Notes: generated by a model from the sequence alone, not told the origin. DNA of 61,459 nucleotides, filler included, from Sphacelaria rigidula (GCA_964200075.2; 5 parts of 5 records of this genome joined end to end with filler, not necessarily neighbours in it); one strand, 5' to 3'; shown: positions 1 through 14,000, counted from the whole stretch's first letter. Numbers and translations are program-made.

Positions 1-3000
1 GCAATGACTCGAGTGCTCGCCCTATTCATTTTTACGGCCAACGAGTTGCCCAACGATTGCGAGTGCCACGAGTCACACCCGTGCTCGTCCGACGTGTGAA
101 ATTGTTCCCTTCCGCGTGTTGACGACGACACGCTTAACAACATACACACACACAACCCGTTGTTGGACACTGCCCCTGGAGTTCTGGGAGATTCGAATAC
201 ATCTCATGTCAGTGTTCACTCGCGATGATTTGATTATTTGATGATCTCTTGCGGTACCCGTTCGACCTGGATGAACAAAGCTGGCGGTGACGAAAGCTTC
301 AGTTCCTTTGTCGCTACTGTCAAGCCAAGAGTCTGTACTTGGTGAGCTGCTGAGCAAGATTATCACACGGACACCAGCACGCGTCCGTCACGTACGCGCA
401 TGAGGAAACCAGTATTCTTCATCAGGGTGGAGTTGCGAAATTGTAACCGTGATGGTGAGCTGGGTGAGGTGTACGAATCATTTTGTTGCACAAAAGGCAG
501 CGTGTAGCATGTAGGGTTGGAGGGGTGCCATTGAACCCGGTGGAGACCTTTGCTGTGCTACTCTACTGTGCTGTCGGTACCGACAATGCCCTGCACCACC
601 GAGCGTCTAGGTGGAGGTTTCTATACAACACAGCCGGGTGATGAGCCCGTCAGACCGTTCAAAACGTCCTGCTCCCCGAAGAGGAGCTGGCGGTGCTAAG
701 AGTGGAAGAGGGGCACTGAGCTCGATGCTGTTTCTTTTGTATGTAGCAATATTCTGTACTAGTTTACTGTACAGCGTAGTTGTATGGCGCGGCGTGGGTA
801 GGTTTAGCCCTAGACGTTTGCAGGTTCCCTCGGCAGTGAACTCCGGGTCGAATTGTTCCTAGGTTCCACGCTCTGGGGCCCAAGCGACTCAAGCGGCTCA
901 TTGATTGCTTTGACTGATTGATTGTCGCACGTTAGCTGTCCACCCATGGGTTAGGGTAGACGTACCTAAGAAGCGTAAACGTGAAACACCCGCTCAAAAA
1001 AAAAACAGCTCAAGCGAGGGAATTTACCAAATACTATCCCGCGGACCTAGCCCTATTCTTATCCCTAGAACTGGGTTCAGTTCTTTCAGTTCCGAAACTC
1101 ACCGTGGTCAATCAAACATTCAACCCGTGAATCTCAACCCCGATAGTCATGGCGTAGGAAGGGAGAGGAACGAAGAAGCTAAGGAAACAACGAGAAGCAG
1201 CAACGGTACGACTAACGACTGACGAGTGGCGACTGTACTGTCCCGCAACTTTCAATACAAGTACTGGCTCTAACCATGATAACATGAAGGTCCGAGATTT
1301 CGTGTCGACGCTGAGAACAACAACAACAACAACGAAAGAGGGTAAGAACTCACGCGAACAGAATCCACACGGCTTTATGGTTACAACAAAGGGAAATTGT
1401 AATCTACAATTCTTGGTCGCTCCGACCAGCAGCAACAGAAAAACTTGGAAGTCAATCCACCAGCGATCTCACCGCCCCCTCCCTCTTTTCCCCCCTTTCC
1501 CCCCTCTCCACCCCTTGGAGGGAAGGACAACGGGAGTTATAAAGTTGGAATTGAGAGCACAGAAGGATTGCATGGGACAGACGAAGCACGACGACCTTAC
1601 AGAATATGAACCCATGGTCCTGAACCTCAACTGCAGATGATATCTTTGAACGATGGCGCTAATGGAAGCAAACACTTGACCAACAACACCCCGATGAGGA
1701 AATAACGGTGCCAACGGGAGCTGAACATCCGGGATAGCTCGCGAATAACGCCGGGAGCATGAGAGGCCGGCATGACCTCATACTGTGCTGTACACGATTT
1801 ACCTTGGAGGCTTGACAACCTCGCGAACTTGTTCGTCCTGCACTTCCGCACTTTTTTATATGCCTCTGGCTGCCCTGTAAGAGAGCGTGAAGAAGCTACA
1901 CCAGCGGGCTAACGTGTGGCAGCGCTCACAGGTGCGGCATTAGAGCTGCCACATTCAGCAAAAGAGTCGACCGCTAACCCTGCAGCACAGGAGCCTGTTC
2001 TGCTGTCTCGCTCGTGCTCGCTTGGAGCGTTCCGTATGAAAGTGCCCGAAACACCCCGCAGCATATCATTTTGCTTCATAGCTATGACATATCTACTAGA
2101 TATATTTCCTCGGGACCGCCGCCGAGCACTCAATTTTTTTTCTTGAATAAACAACTGTCGAGAAAAAACAGTGATGAAAAAGGGGGTGTCGGTTGGGCGT
2201 GGTTTGAACTATAGTGGCGAGTTTGGTGTCGGCAGGACCGTCCGTACCCATGCCGAATGGCAAGATGTACTCACACGCCAAGTTGGCCTCCACGTGAGTT
2301 TTGTTCTCTTGATACGGCACGGTAAGGGTGTTCCTCGCTACTTGCACCGTGGAGTTTCGGCGAATCATGGTAAAATGCCACGTGGAAATCGTAATCTGCG
2401 CTACGGCACTAAATGATTCGCGGTGAATTCTGCACCGAAAACGGAAAATTTAAAGTTGAAAGGTGCAACAGCTCATGGATGCTGGATTGTGCAGATTCGT
2501 GCTGTACCACAGATGATATTCAAATGTCGCAGGGACCGGCGTTTTGTTGACTGTAGTACAGAGCACCGGTGACGGCCCTCATTAACGCCAATTCGCCTGC
2601 TCAACCATGGACATGCCTACCAGCACCTTGCATACTCCAAAATATAGAGGTATAGAGGTGAACCGAGAAGTTGCTGAGGTGGGGGGTGAAGCATATGCCA
2701 ACGTGGTCTTTTACGCAGTATCACTCATTACGCAGAAACAACATGGGATATTCGGGCAACGTCAGGTCACAGGCTGTACAGAAAAGCTGGGAACCACGCA
2801 CAGCGTTAAGCAGCATGGAATACGCGCAGGTCTTCTGCACACCTTGAGAGCCAACCCTATCACAATGAAGGGGGACTTGCGGCGTCTTAGCGCATGGCAC
2901 TTGTGGACAGCAGCATATCCTTCAACCAACGATGGAATGCATGACTGGTCCGTCTCGATATGTTGATCGTCACGGCGAAACCATCTAAAAATATCAGTAT

Positions 3001-4214
3001 GAGCACGCTCTGCTTTCAGCATGCTGCGTATTTGCCTCGTTGTATGCAACGGCGACTCTTCGGACTCGTGTCGTCCGTTGCCGTGTCCCAACCATACTGG
3101 GCACTGCTTTCCCTTCCTCGTTTCCCTACTGTAGCGTTCACATACCCTGCTATGTACAGGTAGGTCACCCCACCGTACAGACATTTTGCACAGCTGCAGA
3201 CAACAGGCTCTACTACAACTGGCTGCACTGAGTGTACAGTAAGTGCCCACATGTACACGAGTACAATACTGTACAGAGCAGACGAACAGTGCAGTACCGC
3301 GGCACGTATGGGTCCTTGACTATTTCACTCGCACGACACATGGAACATCTCTTCACTGTATAACGTGTCTGCCGAGCACAGGTGGAATACCTGTTTTTCT
3401 AGAAGGAATGCAGCCAACACCCGCGGAATGCCTGCCCACCTAAGGGACTTACTCTTCGAACGTGTACAGGTATTTGGTCATCTTGGAACAACTCTTCGGA
3501 ACTTGCTCAGATTTCTGTGAGCTGCTCACAACGGTTTGGAATGTTCTCAGATTTGCGTGAAAAATGTACACGTAGGCACGATAGCAGCGAGGGCAAAGGT
3601 ATACGACACTCATATTTTATCGATCGAAAAATACGGAATGAGAACGGATGAGGACGTCACCTTTTTCTGTACTGGGTATGTGATGCGGACGCCTTCCGTG
3701 GTCACAGGCTAACTACCGTAACGTTGGACAAGTGAAAGTCGAAAAAATTGATCTGAACCTGAAACAATCACGCCTACACGCTACAAAAGAAGCAGACGAA
3801 AAAAAATGAAGATCGTATTGAAGAAGAAAAAGAAGGGGGAAAATATGGCTAACCTCCTCAGTTCCGACGCCACACTCCACCATTCGGGCAACTGGAGGCA
3901 GGGCCTATTGCTCCACTCAGCACGTGAAGCCAAACAGGAAGTCAGCCAAACTCGAGGACCAAAATCATCAATCATAGCGGTAAGAATCGCAGAGTTCTAT
4001 TCTTGTACGTCTCAAGGGACAGCTATTCGCTCGAATATACTGGGCATCTCAAGCACAACCTCGGGGGAGGTGCGTGGAAGTCAGCAGCTAGTAGCAAACA
4101 CAAGGATAAGGGGAGATGATGTGGAGTCCTACCACTCCCGCCATATTCAGTTCGGTACACGCTGGCTACGCATTCTTCGATGTCCTCCCCGCTCTCCTCC
4201 AAGATCCCGTTCAT

Positions 4215-5430
4215 GCGCACCTATTCGGCGGGCCTCCTCCTCGTTCTGGTTTCAAGAAGTCATGAACCTCTCCGCTCCCTGCAGCACCCCCGCGTGCCAC
4301 GGTATCTCCCCTCCCTTCTTCGCGGCTGAGGATCAGAGAGCACTTTCAACTCCGAGCGTCTGTCGGTCGTCGTCCGTGGAAACGTTCGCGGGTCCGAAAG
4401 CTTGAATATCGTCCCTCAGGCACTTCAGCCAGGTTTACTCCGGGCACCAGCCCGCCCCCCCCCCCCCAATGACTGTTCCGAATCCCAGTCGCTTCGGTAG
4501 TCGTCCGTCCAGTTGTCCAGCCAGGGCTCGGGCGAACAGCAGTCGCCGTTGCTGGACGATGACTCCAGCACTTTGGCATCCGATCTTCTTGAGGGCCTGG
4601 GCGTACGATAGCTGTCGGTATGTGCCACAAAAGCGGCGGTACCCGATCATTCGCAGGAGGAGCCGGTTGTGTACCGTCCTCAGCAACCGGTAGTGCTCCC
4701 GGCGCGGGGCCCACGTCATGCATCCTTACAGTAGGGTCTTCATCGCCTCCGCCTCGAGCAGTCGGACCTTCAGTCGCCACGGTGCTTTCGGTCGCTCAAA
4801 GAGCTTACTTCCTGATGCACGCCTACGCTGCTCTTCTACGGTTGTTGATCTTATGTGTGAGCTTGCCATCTTCGGTAACGAGCCCACCCCCAAACATCGC
4901 AACTTCTAGGTTTGTACGCATGTCTGGCCCGCCGCTTCGATGACTAGTGGCGGGGGAGGTGGTGTTGGTGGCCCCCCGTCTTGTGGCATGCATGATCACG
5001 AGTACACTCCTCCTGTGCCGACTTTTTGGGTACACGCATAAGCAGTCTCTGTCTTCTTCTCCGACACCGTCAATCCGAATACCCCTAACACGCGAGCTAT
5101 GAAGGTCATCGTTCTCGTCGAGCCGTCGGGGGACATCAAGACGGCAGCCGCGTAGACATACAGCATTCCCCACACCGCTCTCCGTACGCGTTTCAGAGTC
5201 GTTCCCGCCCCCCTCACCGTCTCATTGTCAAGATATACAATGTCCTGGAGGACGATGTCGTCTTCGCTGAGTCGCGAAAATTACCTCGAGCGCCGCAGCG
5301 AACGAAACATTGAACAGTAGCGGAGCAGCACACATGTTCGCCGCAGTCCATGGGTGAACTCGAATCACTTCGAGAGGTCCTCGTCGTTCATGCGAACGCC
5401 GGCCTGCATGGCATCGAGGAATTGGCGGAT
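4215..5430 (-). mobile_element. Degenerate RTE-clade non-LTR retrotransposon fragment (RT to C-terminus)
   Basis: Minus-strand motifs IRQFLDAMQAGVRMND, HGLRR, RVRRAVWGMLY(VY)A (decayed YADD), FGLTVSEKKTET, KLTHKINNRRRAA, TWAPRREHYRLLRTVHNRLLLRMIG, RRLLFARAL..DGRLPKRLGFG and WHAGVLQGAERFM. Multiple frameshifts. Confidence 0.9.
4982..5005 (+). repeat. Very short 3' fragment of the C-tract-associated retroposon, inside the RTE
   Basis: tgtggcatgcatgatcacgagtac matches the family 3' end (tatggcatgcatgattatgagtac); C-rich flanks. Confidence 0.6.
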
Positions 5431-6879
5431 GTGCTCATATGTTTTCCCCTCACGACTTAGTGTGAGTAGGATGGCAATTTCTGTACGGGTAGCTTTGGTC
5501 AATATGCCACCCCATGAAAACTAGCAGGTCTTTGAACAAATATGCGGAATGGCCCTGTCCAGTCGATCGATGACTTCACATTGCATTTCTTCGTACAGAG
5601 CGAATGCCACCATGGTGAAGTTGAAATTATCCGTCACAAGTCTGATCCGTTATACCAATACAAGTAGTTGCACTATGAGATCCCCACATGATGCGGTAAT
5701 GCTGCGCCTGAGATCCGCCTGCTGATACCCCCACAGGGTGTATATCCCGTCCTCGGGATTAGCTATTACTACACGTTGGGATGACTGAAAATCTTTGCAT
5801 CCAAGCAAATATGGGTCGATAGTTTTAAAACAGAGGCACATCCCCATTACTTTTCGTGAGTTCCACTCTCATGCCAGAGTGCCCCCCCCTTCCTTCTTTT
5901 GCGATGATCTCCACGAAGTACTCTCGCGGGCTTACCGTTACGCAAGACGAGTTGTACAGTCATCCTCACACACTGTGAGGCTCATCGTAGCTGCGGAACC
6001 GCATACACGAGTCGCAAACGCTTGTCAGAGTGGTTCACAGGACACTACTCACGCACGTGTCGAGGATTCGCCACCTTGCACCAAACTTCACCGTTGCCTT
6101 TGAATTTTGGCCGACACAGTATACACGCACCGACTTCACATGCTACCCTGTCAATCACAATATATATGACGGCGAGTGTGTAGGCTTACCACTGCAGCTC
6201 ACGAACACCGGCGACAGCCATGACACAGCACGGCACAGCACAGCAGGACCAGCTCATTGGCTCAATTCCGATGATGAACGTCGAGTGCCTTTATGTACAC
6301 AACCTTTTATGAAACCAATCTAATTTGTCATCCGAAATCATGCCGTTTCAGTATGAATGCTCGGAAAACATGAAGTTGCCGGAAGCGAGCACCTCCTTTT
6401 CACGCCGCGTATCTGACGAACCGTTTCAAGACATCAAACCGTCGTTACACGTACCGTGTTCCGATAGTGCGTGTCGGAGTTGCTGTGGCGATCTATTGAG
6501 CTGTTCTGGCCGCACGACGTTTGCCGACGATCTCAGGAAACTGCTCCTATTTTTGTACAACGAAGAACGCCCCGTAGGAAGAAGCTGGCTCGGACCAATT
6601 CAATGCACACCCGCGATCCATCAACCAGCGGTAAACACCTACTACGCATTGTTCCGCCTACATTTAGTCCCTAACCTAGGTAACAAAGGTGGCTACAACC
6701 TACAGAACCCCCCGTTCAGTTTCTTCATCGATTCTGACCTCCGCCTCGGCGGTATGGCGACCAATACTCTGTGGGAAACACAAATCTTCAATGAGTCGTT
6801 GTACAACTGGGGCATTGCTGGAAGCTGCACAGAGGCCGTTGAGTGATGCTAATAGCACGAAACTACGTGGGAACGTTTC

Positions 6880-9800
6880 ACACCCTGGACAATACAAAAT
6901 GTGATATATATATATATATATAGCTCGCTCGATATATCGATGTGTCGGGTGATCAATATATTTTGGGCGAGCAATATGATGGCAAGAGAGTCAAGTCGAT
7001 AAATATTGTGTCATCAATATGTCAAGGCTCGCGATGTACGATATATATCGACCGAACAATATGTCACAACACGCGCCACCTCAATATATATATATATATA
7101 TTGGCCGAGTAATATGTTGGTGCGGCAAGGCACTAATATATATTTGTCGAGTAATATTTTGGCTGCCACACGAGGTCAATATATATTGACGATTCAACAT
7201 ACTCAACACCCGAAGCGCCAATACGTATTGCCGCCCCAATATGTCGTGCGTCAATGCGTCCAATATATATTGGGCGAATAACACACGAGGGAGCCGACCG
7301 TCACAATACATATTAGTGTAGCAATATATATTGGTGATTCAATATGTATATCGGGAAGTGTATGGGAATTAGTATGGTGAGCAGTTTCGTGTTCGCGGGC
7401 GCTATCGAAAGATATATCACCAGATGCCGAAAACGCTCAATATAGTCCTCCGCGAGCGTGTCAAATATACATTGGCTGCACAAAAGCTATGCGATGAGCG
7501 GGTGCAATACATATTGGAAAAACAATACTCTTGCATGTTGTTTTGCTCAATATATGTTATGACAACAATATGTTATGCATCGCTCCGACTCAATATATAT
7601 ATATTAAACACGGCCGGCATGCACATTATGTATTGAATGTTCTGTTCCCGGACCAAAAACGTGTCCAATATATATTGCCGTGCATTACTTTTTGCGATCA
7701 TGACACGAGATGTATATATTGCCGCTGCAATGTCTCCGAGGGCATCTAAACATACTAAATATTGAAAGGCCAACATTCGCCCTGTCTTCAATATTGAGTA
7801 ATGATATCATATCGGAACACATTGTGCTGTCCAGGGTATAAGCAACACAGCACCAGTAACTAGAGGAGTACCAAAAGGCGCATTTCGACCCGCGTTTTCT
7901 GCCGTCGTACAGTTTAGCCAAGATATAATACGTACTGTGAAGAGTATGGGCGGCACCGCGCCACTGGCCAGATAGGTATCAGAAAGCAGTTAGACTGGGT
8001 CGCCTCTTCTGTCACGATATTTTATGGCCAAAAGATATATCAAACTCTTTCGACAACTCTCCGCAGCCACGGACGAGAACTTCTGCGGCTTCCTTACATG
8101 CAAGCGTTTCCCTATCCGCACGGGCTCCGGCGTCCATAGCGTCTGGACCCTTTTCAAAGCGCACACCATACTTGAAATGCATGGCCTTTGGGGTTGGATT
8201 GACTTTGCAGAGTCGATTTCTCTGCAGAACATCGATGTTGGCGATTGCCGTCTTGACGCCCTCCCGTACACGGGTTGTTGCCGCAACCCATCGACGCGGC
8301 AAGACGGCACAGCCATTGTTCCTCGACCCCTGCGAGATCCCATAACTGCACCCATCTCTCTCCTTGTCACCACCATTCAGTACTCGCCACTGGCGGTCGG
8401 CCGACTAGCTTTCCGAAAAACTGCGTCCATTTCTGCTTTTCATGACTGTCTTTGATTTATGCAAACGTCCGCCTTGCTCCTTCGTTATGCGGTGGAGAGA
8501 GGGGGGTAGTGGGCGGGTGGTTTGTGGAGGGACAGAGAGTCACAAATACATGTTTTTTCGTGGACAGCTGAGAGCCACAGAAAAGCATTTTTCCGTGGGC
8601 AGCTGGCAGACATTCACTCTTTTGCAGTTGACTGCCACAAAATAGTACATACCCTGAGAGGTGACTAGCTCGTACACAACATAGGCATATCAAATCTGAG
8701 ACTCCCGGTATGTTTAAGAAGTAATTTACAGGAAACATACCGGAACTTGGAGTATGAAATACCCCCGACGTTCGTGGTTTGTTTGCTGGCTCTGAGACAC
8801 GACATTGGTTTTAGTAACAGTGATGCCGATTCATTAGCCAGCGTAAAAACCTCACGATCAAAGGGTTAGGCGACTGATGAATCGGATCATTTTTCCTCAA
8901 AAAATACTCCGAAATATCCCAGCATTGTTTTGAGTAAGAGTGATGCCGATTCATCCATCAACGTAACCCCGCAGCCAAAGGGTCAGGTGATTAATGGATC
9001 GGATCGCTTTTCCTCAAAAAATTACTCCAAACTATCCCGAAGGGACGACGCAACACTCTCGCCTACGTTTTTCTTCTGGGACTGACTCGAAATTGCGCTC
9101 TTACAAATATCCTGCTCGCCAGATTGTTTTTGAAGGATTTACTTGTTGAATTACAATGAATGAGAGATTCGTTGGACGGCACGACTTTCAGGACGGGGTA
9201 CAGTATATTACTTGAATAATATATTTCGGTGGAATTTATACCCGACATCAACGCGCCCACCCAATGTATACTGGGTAGGTGATGGGTTGTAATAATCTTT
9301 GATGGAAACGAATCTCGAATTCGCGTACTCGAAATCGGGGCCACCGTTACACGGGTATCACAAGTTTGTGAAATAGTTCTGTCCAGTCTCTTTCTGCTTG
9401 AGAGTGGTACTGTCTGTCTCGCGTACTCTTGGAGCCGAAGAGTAGGTACGTGGTGAATAATCTTTCGAGTACAGTGTCGTCCCGTGGTACTGTAGGGTAA
9501 TACGGTCCACGACACTCCACCATTACCGTACATGACAATGCCGTGTGGTGATACATGGTGGCATAGTCGGTATTACGAGAACAGGGAACAAACAGTGCGC
9601 GAGAAGAGTTCAGTAGTGCAGTGCTATGTATCACCCTGCAGGTACAGCGACAACAGACTATGATGGTACAGTACCGTTCGTTATGGTGATACATATGGCA
9701 GGGCATTGCAGCATAAGATATTACCATCGCCCCCGGGTACGGCGTCAGTACTTATCCGCTTCAAACCCCGTTCGAAGCTGCTTTAGCCGCTGGCGCGAGC

Positions 9801-10506
9801 AGGCACGCCCTGCGCTATCATGATACTGTCTTCTGCCGCTTTTGCAAAAATATCACACGCCTCGAAACCCTACCATTGTACGTCAGTGTATGTTACCTCC
9901 TCGAAATCGGGGTACCTCAGCTTCCCCCCGATTTTTTGCAAAAAATGGGGAGAAATCGTTACACCCCGATTTTCCTCTCCCGATTTGGTCTAAATCGGGG
10001 CCCACGAAAAGACGTTCCCCGATTGTTTTCCCCGATGCTCGAAACATTCGAGATTGGTAACTGCCATCAAAAGTGGTCTAAGACAAACTACCCCGATGTA
10101 CAGCATACACTTGGACTGAAGACCTGACCGGGCCATACATTCGCACCCTTACGGGCCCAATATATGATGACCAACCAATATACTGGCACCCACGCGGACC
10201 CAATATATATTGAACGGTCAATATGTTCGCACCAATGCGACCCTAACATATAATGGTCGTGCAATATGTCCTCGCCCACACCGCCCCAATATATATTGAT
10301 GGGATAATATGTTTACAATCCCACGGTACCAATATATATATATGGGGTGGGCAATACGTTTGCAGTCCCACGACACCAATATATATTGGATGCACAATAC
10401 GTGCGCAGCCCACGGGATCCAATATATATTTCGCCAGCAATATATCGCAGTATACCAATATGATTGACTAATATATATTGGAAACATATTGTATTGTCCA
10501 GGGTGT
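6880..10506. mobile_element. 3.6-kb non-autonomous TIR/foldback-like DNA element with 10-bp TSD (MULE-like)
   Basis: TIR acaccctggacaatacaaaatgt at 6880 versus acatattgtattgtccagggtgt ending at 10506. Exact flanking direct repeat ggaacgtttc at 6870-6879 and 10507-10516. Both arms (~6900-7830, ~10150-10490) are packed with CAATATATATTG-like palindromic motifs. Confidence 0.85.
8803..9037 (+). repeat. Diverged ~120-bp tandem duplication containing the right-end motif of the piggyBac-type MITE family
   Basis: Two units (~8803-8920, ~8923-9037) share gtgatgccgattca...caaagggt(t/c)agg...atcggatc...ttttcctcaaaaa..actcc. Confidence 0.7.
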
Positions 10507-12144
10507 GGAACGTTTCCATCCAGGCCTTTCGGACCTTGCCACAACTGCTTTGATCGATACCATACTCGAGATGGGTTAGCCTGATAACGGATCGAAGCCC
10601 TCATGGCTGTATCTCGTTGACATACCCGAATTAAGCCGTGCTGCGCATATCCTATTATCGGTGAATTCAGGAGACGATGCTCACTTGCAGAAGAAGCCTC
10701 TTGGGCCGATGATTTCTCGTGGATTAAACGGTATATCGGGTAAATTCTGCAGTAGTGGGCGGTCTAACACTATTTGGAGATATTTTGGGCATTTCCTCGC
10801 GTACTACTCTTCGATAGAACTCGAAACTGCTAGCGTCGGTAGATTTTGGTACAATGAACAGATCACCTTCGAAACACGGTGCTCGAGTCAGTGCCAGTTG
10901 GTCTATCGGACGACACGAGTAGAAACCTCGTCTATCAGGAGGGTGTTACTGACCGTGAAACCACAGCTTTTCGGCCCTACTGCAATAAGTAGGCTAAAGT
11001 TCTGGAAAATAACACTGTACATTTCTTCACAAATATGATCGGGACGGGACAGGCTCGATCGACCGAAAATACATCGAAGTAGGAATCTGGGTTGAAACGT
11101 GACAGGACCCCGATGACTGGTTAGCCCGTAAATCACTCGATGTTGAGTACGGATGTTTTTTTCCTCTTGGAATGTGGAGCAGATACGAATATATCCAGAT
11201 CCCCAATGTGATGAGCGATGGCAAACAAGAAGAGTCCGAGAAAATGGCCAATTACGAAGAAATCACAAAAATGTCACAAAATGAATAGTTAGACCGCTCA
11301 CTACTGTAAAGTCAAAGATATGGTCCACACCAAACTCTACGCGGAACCCCGCACGATACGTGGAGCGGGTGATGATGATATTTCGTGCGAACATTCCCTG
11401 GAGCACAGGCAAACGACCGGTGCTGTCAACTCCACGTCAAAGACCATTGTTTTTCAGAAGCCATTCTCGACACCTGGGAGGCAAGCGAGTATGACACGTG
11501 AGCTAAGCTCCTTCGGTGGGCCACTGCAAAGTGTCCAAGACGTTTGATGGCGATATTCTTTGTTGCGGGTTCAAAACCTGTCAAAAGTCCAGATGAGATA
11601 TACGACCCCAAACAAACACGAACCGTAAGAAACGGCCTATACTACACTAAAGTGTTCTTACCTCATGCATCAAATAAAAACTCCCTGTCCCAGTTTTTTT
11701 CTATCGCATTATGGCGCAGCGAAGCTCCACATGAATGTTCGAATTACAAGTACCAAACCTGACCTGGTAAAGGACCTTCTAAATTCTGGGCCAAGTCTCG
11801 AGCGACCTGGCCTGTAAATATAGCATTTTCATATCAATTTCGAGCGTTGGACGTTCAAATTTGACATTTACAATCGTGAGGGCACGAAAAAACGTACTTG
11901 TGGGACATGACTTTGGGGTCCATGGTTTGTCGCCGTTTCAGTAGAATAGGGAGATTGTTTTTCGCCCTCAACTCATGAAGGAACAAATTGTCAATTTGTC
12001 AAAAAACAGCTTTCAATGTTACGCCGTAACGATCTTCTATACTAAATCCAAAAAGTCACTTTTGAGGACGACATCGCCCTAACCCTTCTCCCAAGCCATG
12101 ATACAGCACGTGCATGTTTGCTGGCGCCGTTGAATGGCAACGCG

Positions 12145-12177
<33 letters not shown>

Positions 12178-12214
12178 ACCACCCCACACAAGCCCACACC
12201 CCCCCCCCCCCACC

Positions 12215-12314
12215 NNNNNNNNNNNNNNNNNNNNNNNNNNNNNNNNNNNNNNNNNNNNTTAATTAATTAANNNNNNNNNNNNNNNNNNNNNNNNNNNNNN
12301 NNNNNNNNNNNNNN
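12215..12314. other. Artificial contig spacer
   Basis: 100 bp: N-run, TTAATTAATTAA (stops in all six frames), N-run. Confidence 0.98.
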
Positions 12315-13814
12315 TGAGCCTCTTTTTTCGTGCACCCCATTCCACCCCCCCCCCTATCGTAGGATGACTCTCATGAAGTAACTAAATATTTTATTTCTTG
12401 TTGGTATGTTGATCCGGGTCATGAGCGAGCCCATTTGGCCGTCTTTTCTGTATTTTCTCCCTACGACGCTGGACGCCGAGCACGCCGTGTGGCGCAAAGG
12501 TAGTGCTTTGGCTCCTCGGCAGTAGAGTTAACCCGCGTTGGGCTACAAATGTTCATGGTCGACACCTTGGTTGATTTGAGTGTGTACGACGAGAATCGGA
12601 TTTCATCTGAGCTTTTTTTTTTCCGTTCATTTTCACCACCCATCACGGTAACCTATCTTGTGTCCGGTTTTCCCCAGCCCATGGTTCCCGTTATTCTAAT
12701 GATAGTATGTCTGACTTGGATTACGTGTGAACGCTCCTGTGCAAGCGGGAAAAGTAGACATCTCTTGAAACAGTACACTTCACAAACCTCTTCAGCTCCA
12801 CGTTACCCTGCGACATGTTTCATTTTCGAAAGCGAGATGAGATGGTCCAATGTTTTTCCATCACCGTTCACCTTCGACGAGGGCTTCGACCTTCGACCCA
12901 AGCTGTCAGTGCCTGAAAGTATGCGCGTAATAGGCAATACGCGGAGCCCCGCGATGGTGGATCTGACACCTTGATTTTGAACGAGGGAAATTTCTTTCGA
13001 TACACGATGAACACAGGAGACACTAGAACGCAAGAAGATCGTCTCTGTTTCCTTCGGGCTAGAGTTTTATTTCGACCATGTCGCTGTATATGCGTGGCTG
13101 TATTGCGTAAAACACATCACAACGTAAGGTTGATTAGGTAGTGGATTGATTTTCCATCACCGTTCACCCGTTTGTGTTGCCTGTTTTCTGCGTTCTGCAC
13201 GGCGCTTTTTTCGTCGGCCTTTCTGTGCTCCTCAGATTCGATTTCCCGGGGTTCGGGGTTCAGTGAATCTAACAGCCGATTTGCTGCGGTTCGGTGATTT
13301 TTGGAGCCGAATTGCAGTGTCTCTGTCCGATCTACAAAATTCAGTGTGTTTCATCCACCATTCCGCGCTCTCAACGTTCGCGTTCTTTAATACAAATCAT
13401 GCCACACCCATGCCGGATCTTCCTCTTCTACTCATCACATAACACAGTTTCATTACCGATACACACATCAAATCTCTGGCTCAACCTCTTGGTAGAAATC
13501 ATTGCCTTTACCATCTCCCAAATTCCACGCCTATCGCGGAGAACGGGCCGCCTATCGGCGGCCCCGTCCGATCCTTGTACTACTAATGATGATGAACTTC
13601 AGATGGTACACCCTACAGAACACATCCTTGGACCCTTCTACCTCCCCTCCCGTTTTGATCCTTGTTGATGTTGTCCCTCTGATTGCTGCTGTTTGATATC
13701 TCCATGATACACTCCCCCGTCCGTCCATCTCCCGTCTGTTCCCCGTATATACGAAATCATTCTCATGGGCAACAAAACGCTTCGCACGCGGGGTGGGAAC
13801 ACGCTTTTTCACAG

Positions 13815-14000
13815 CTATGTATCAACTACTGTAACGAGAAGCTGAACAACCACTTCAACGAGCACGTTTTCAAGGGGGAGATCGCTGCGTATGCCGCCGA
13901 AGGTGTGGTTGTGCCGAACCTGGTGTTCAAGGACAACAAGCCCATTCTCGACTTTATCGAAGGGAAGGGAGACGGTCTTTTCAGCATTCTCGACGAACAG
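13815..14000 (+). CDS. Myosin heavy chain, motor-domain internal exon (relay helix region)
   Basis: cag|CTATGT...GAACAG|gtattt; LCINYCNEKLNNHFNEHVFKGE...GLFSILDEQ; 186 nt, phase 0/0. Confidence 0.96.

Larger units (their letters stand above)
4116..11050 (+). pseudogene. Decayed DDE-transposase-like gene (possibly DUF6729/Mutator-related), split by an RTE fragment and a TIR element
   Basis: Manual translation gives collinear fragments: MWSPTTP..AFFDVLPALL (4116-4210); SECHHG..EIRLLIPPQGVYPVLG (~5600-5760); LSCSGRTTF..LFLYNEERPV..PFSFFIDSD (ORF 6325-6846); WERF|HPGLSDLATTALIDTI, in frame across the 6880-10506 insertion; HLRNTVLES..LVYQEGV..RPYC..LENNTVH (~10865-11020). Many stops and frameshifts. 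Family call is from remembered motif pattern only. Confidence 0.35.

Noticed and set aside
161-630. TGTTG...CAACA segment as a solo LTR
   Set aside because: No matching 4-6-bp TSD and no second copy in the window.
6900-7830. CAATATATATTG repeats with variable spacers as a CRISPR-like array
   Set aside because: Repeats are short, degenerate and irregularly spaced, lie within TIR arms of a eukaryotic transposon, and no cas genes are present.
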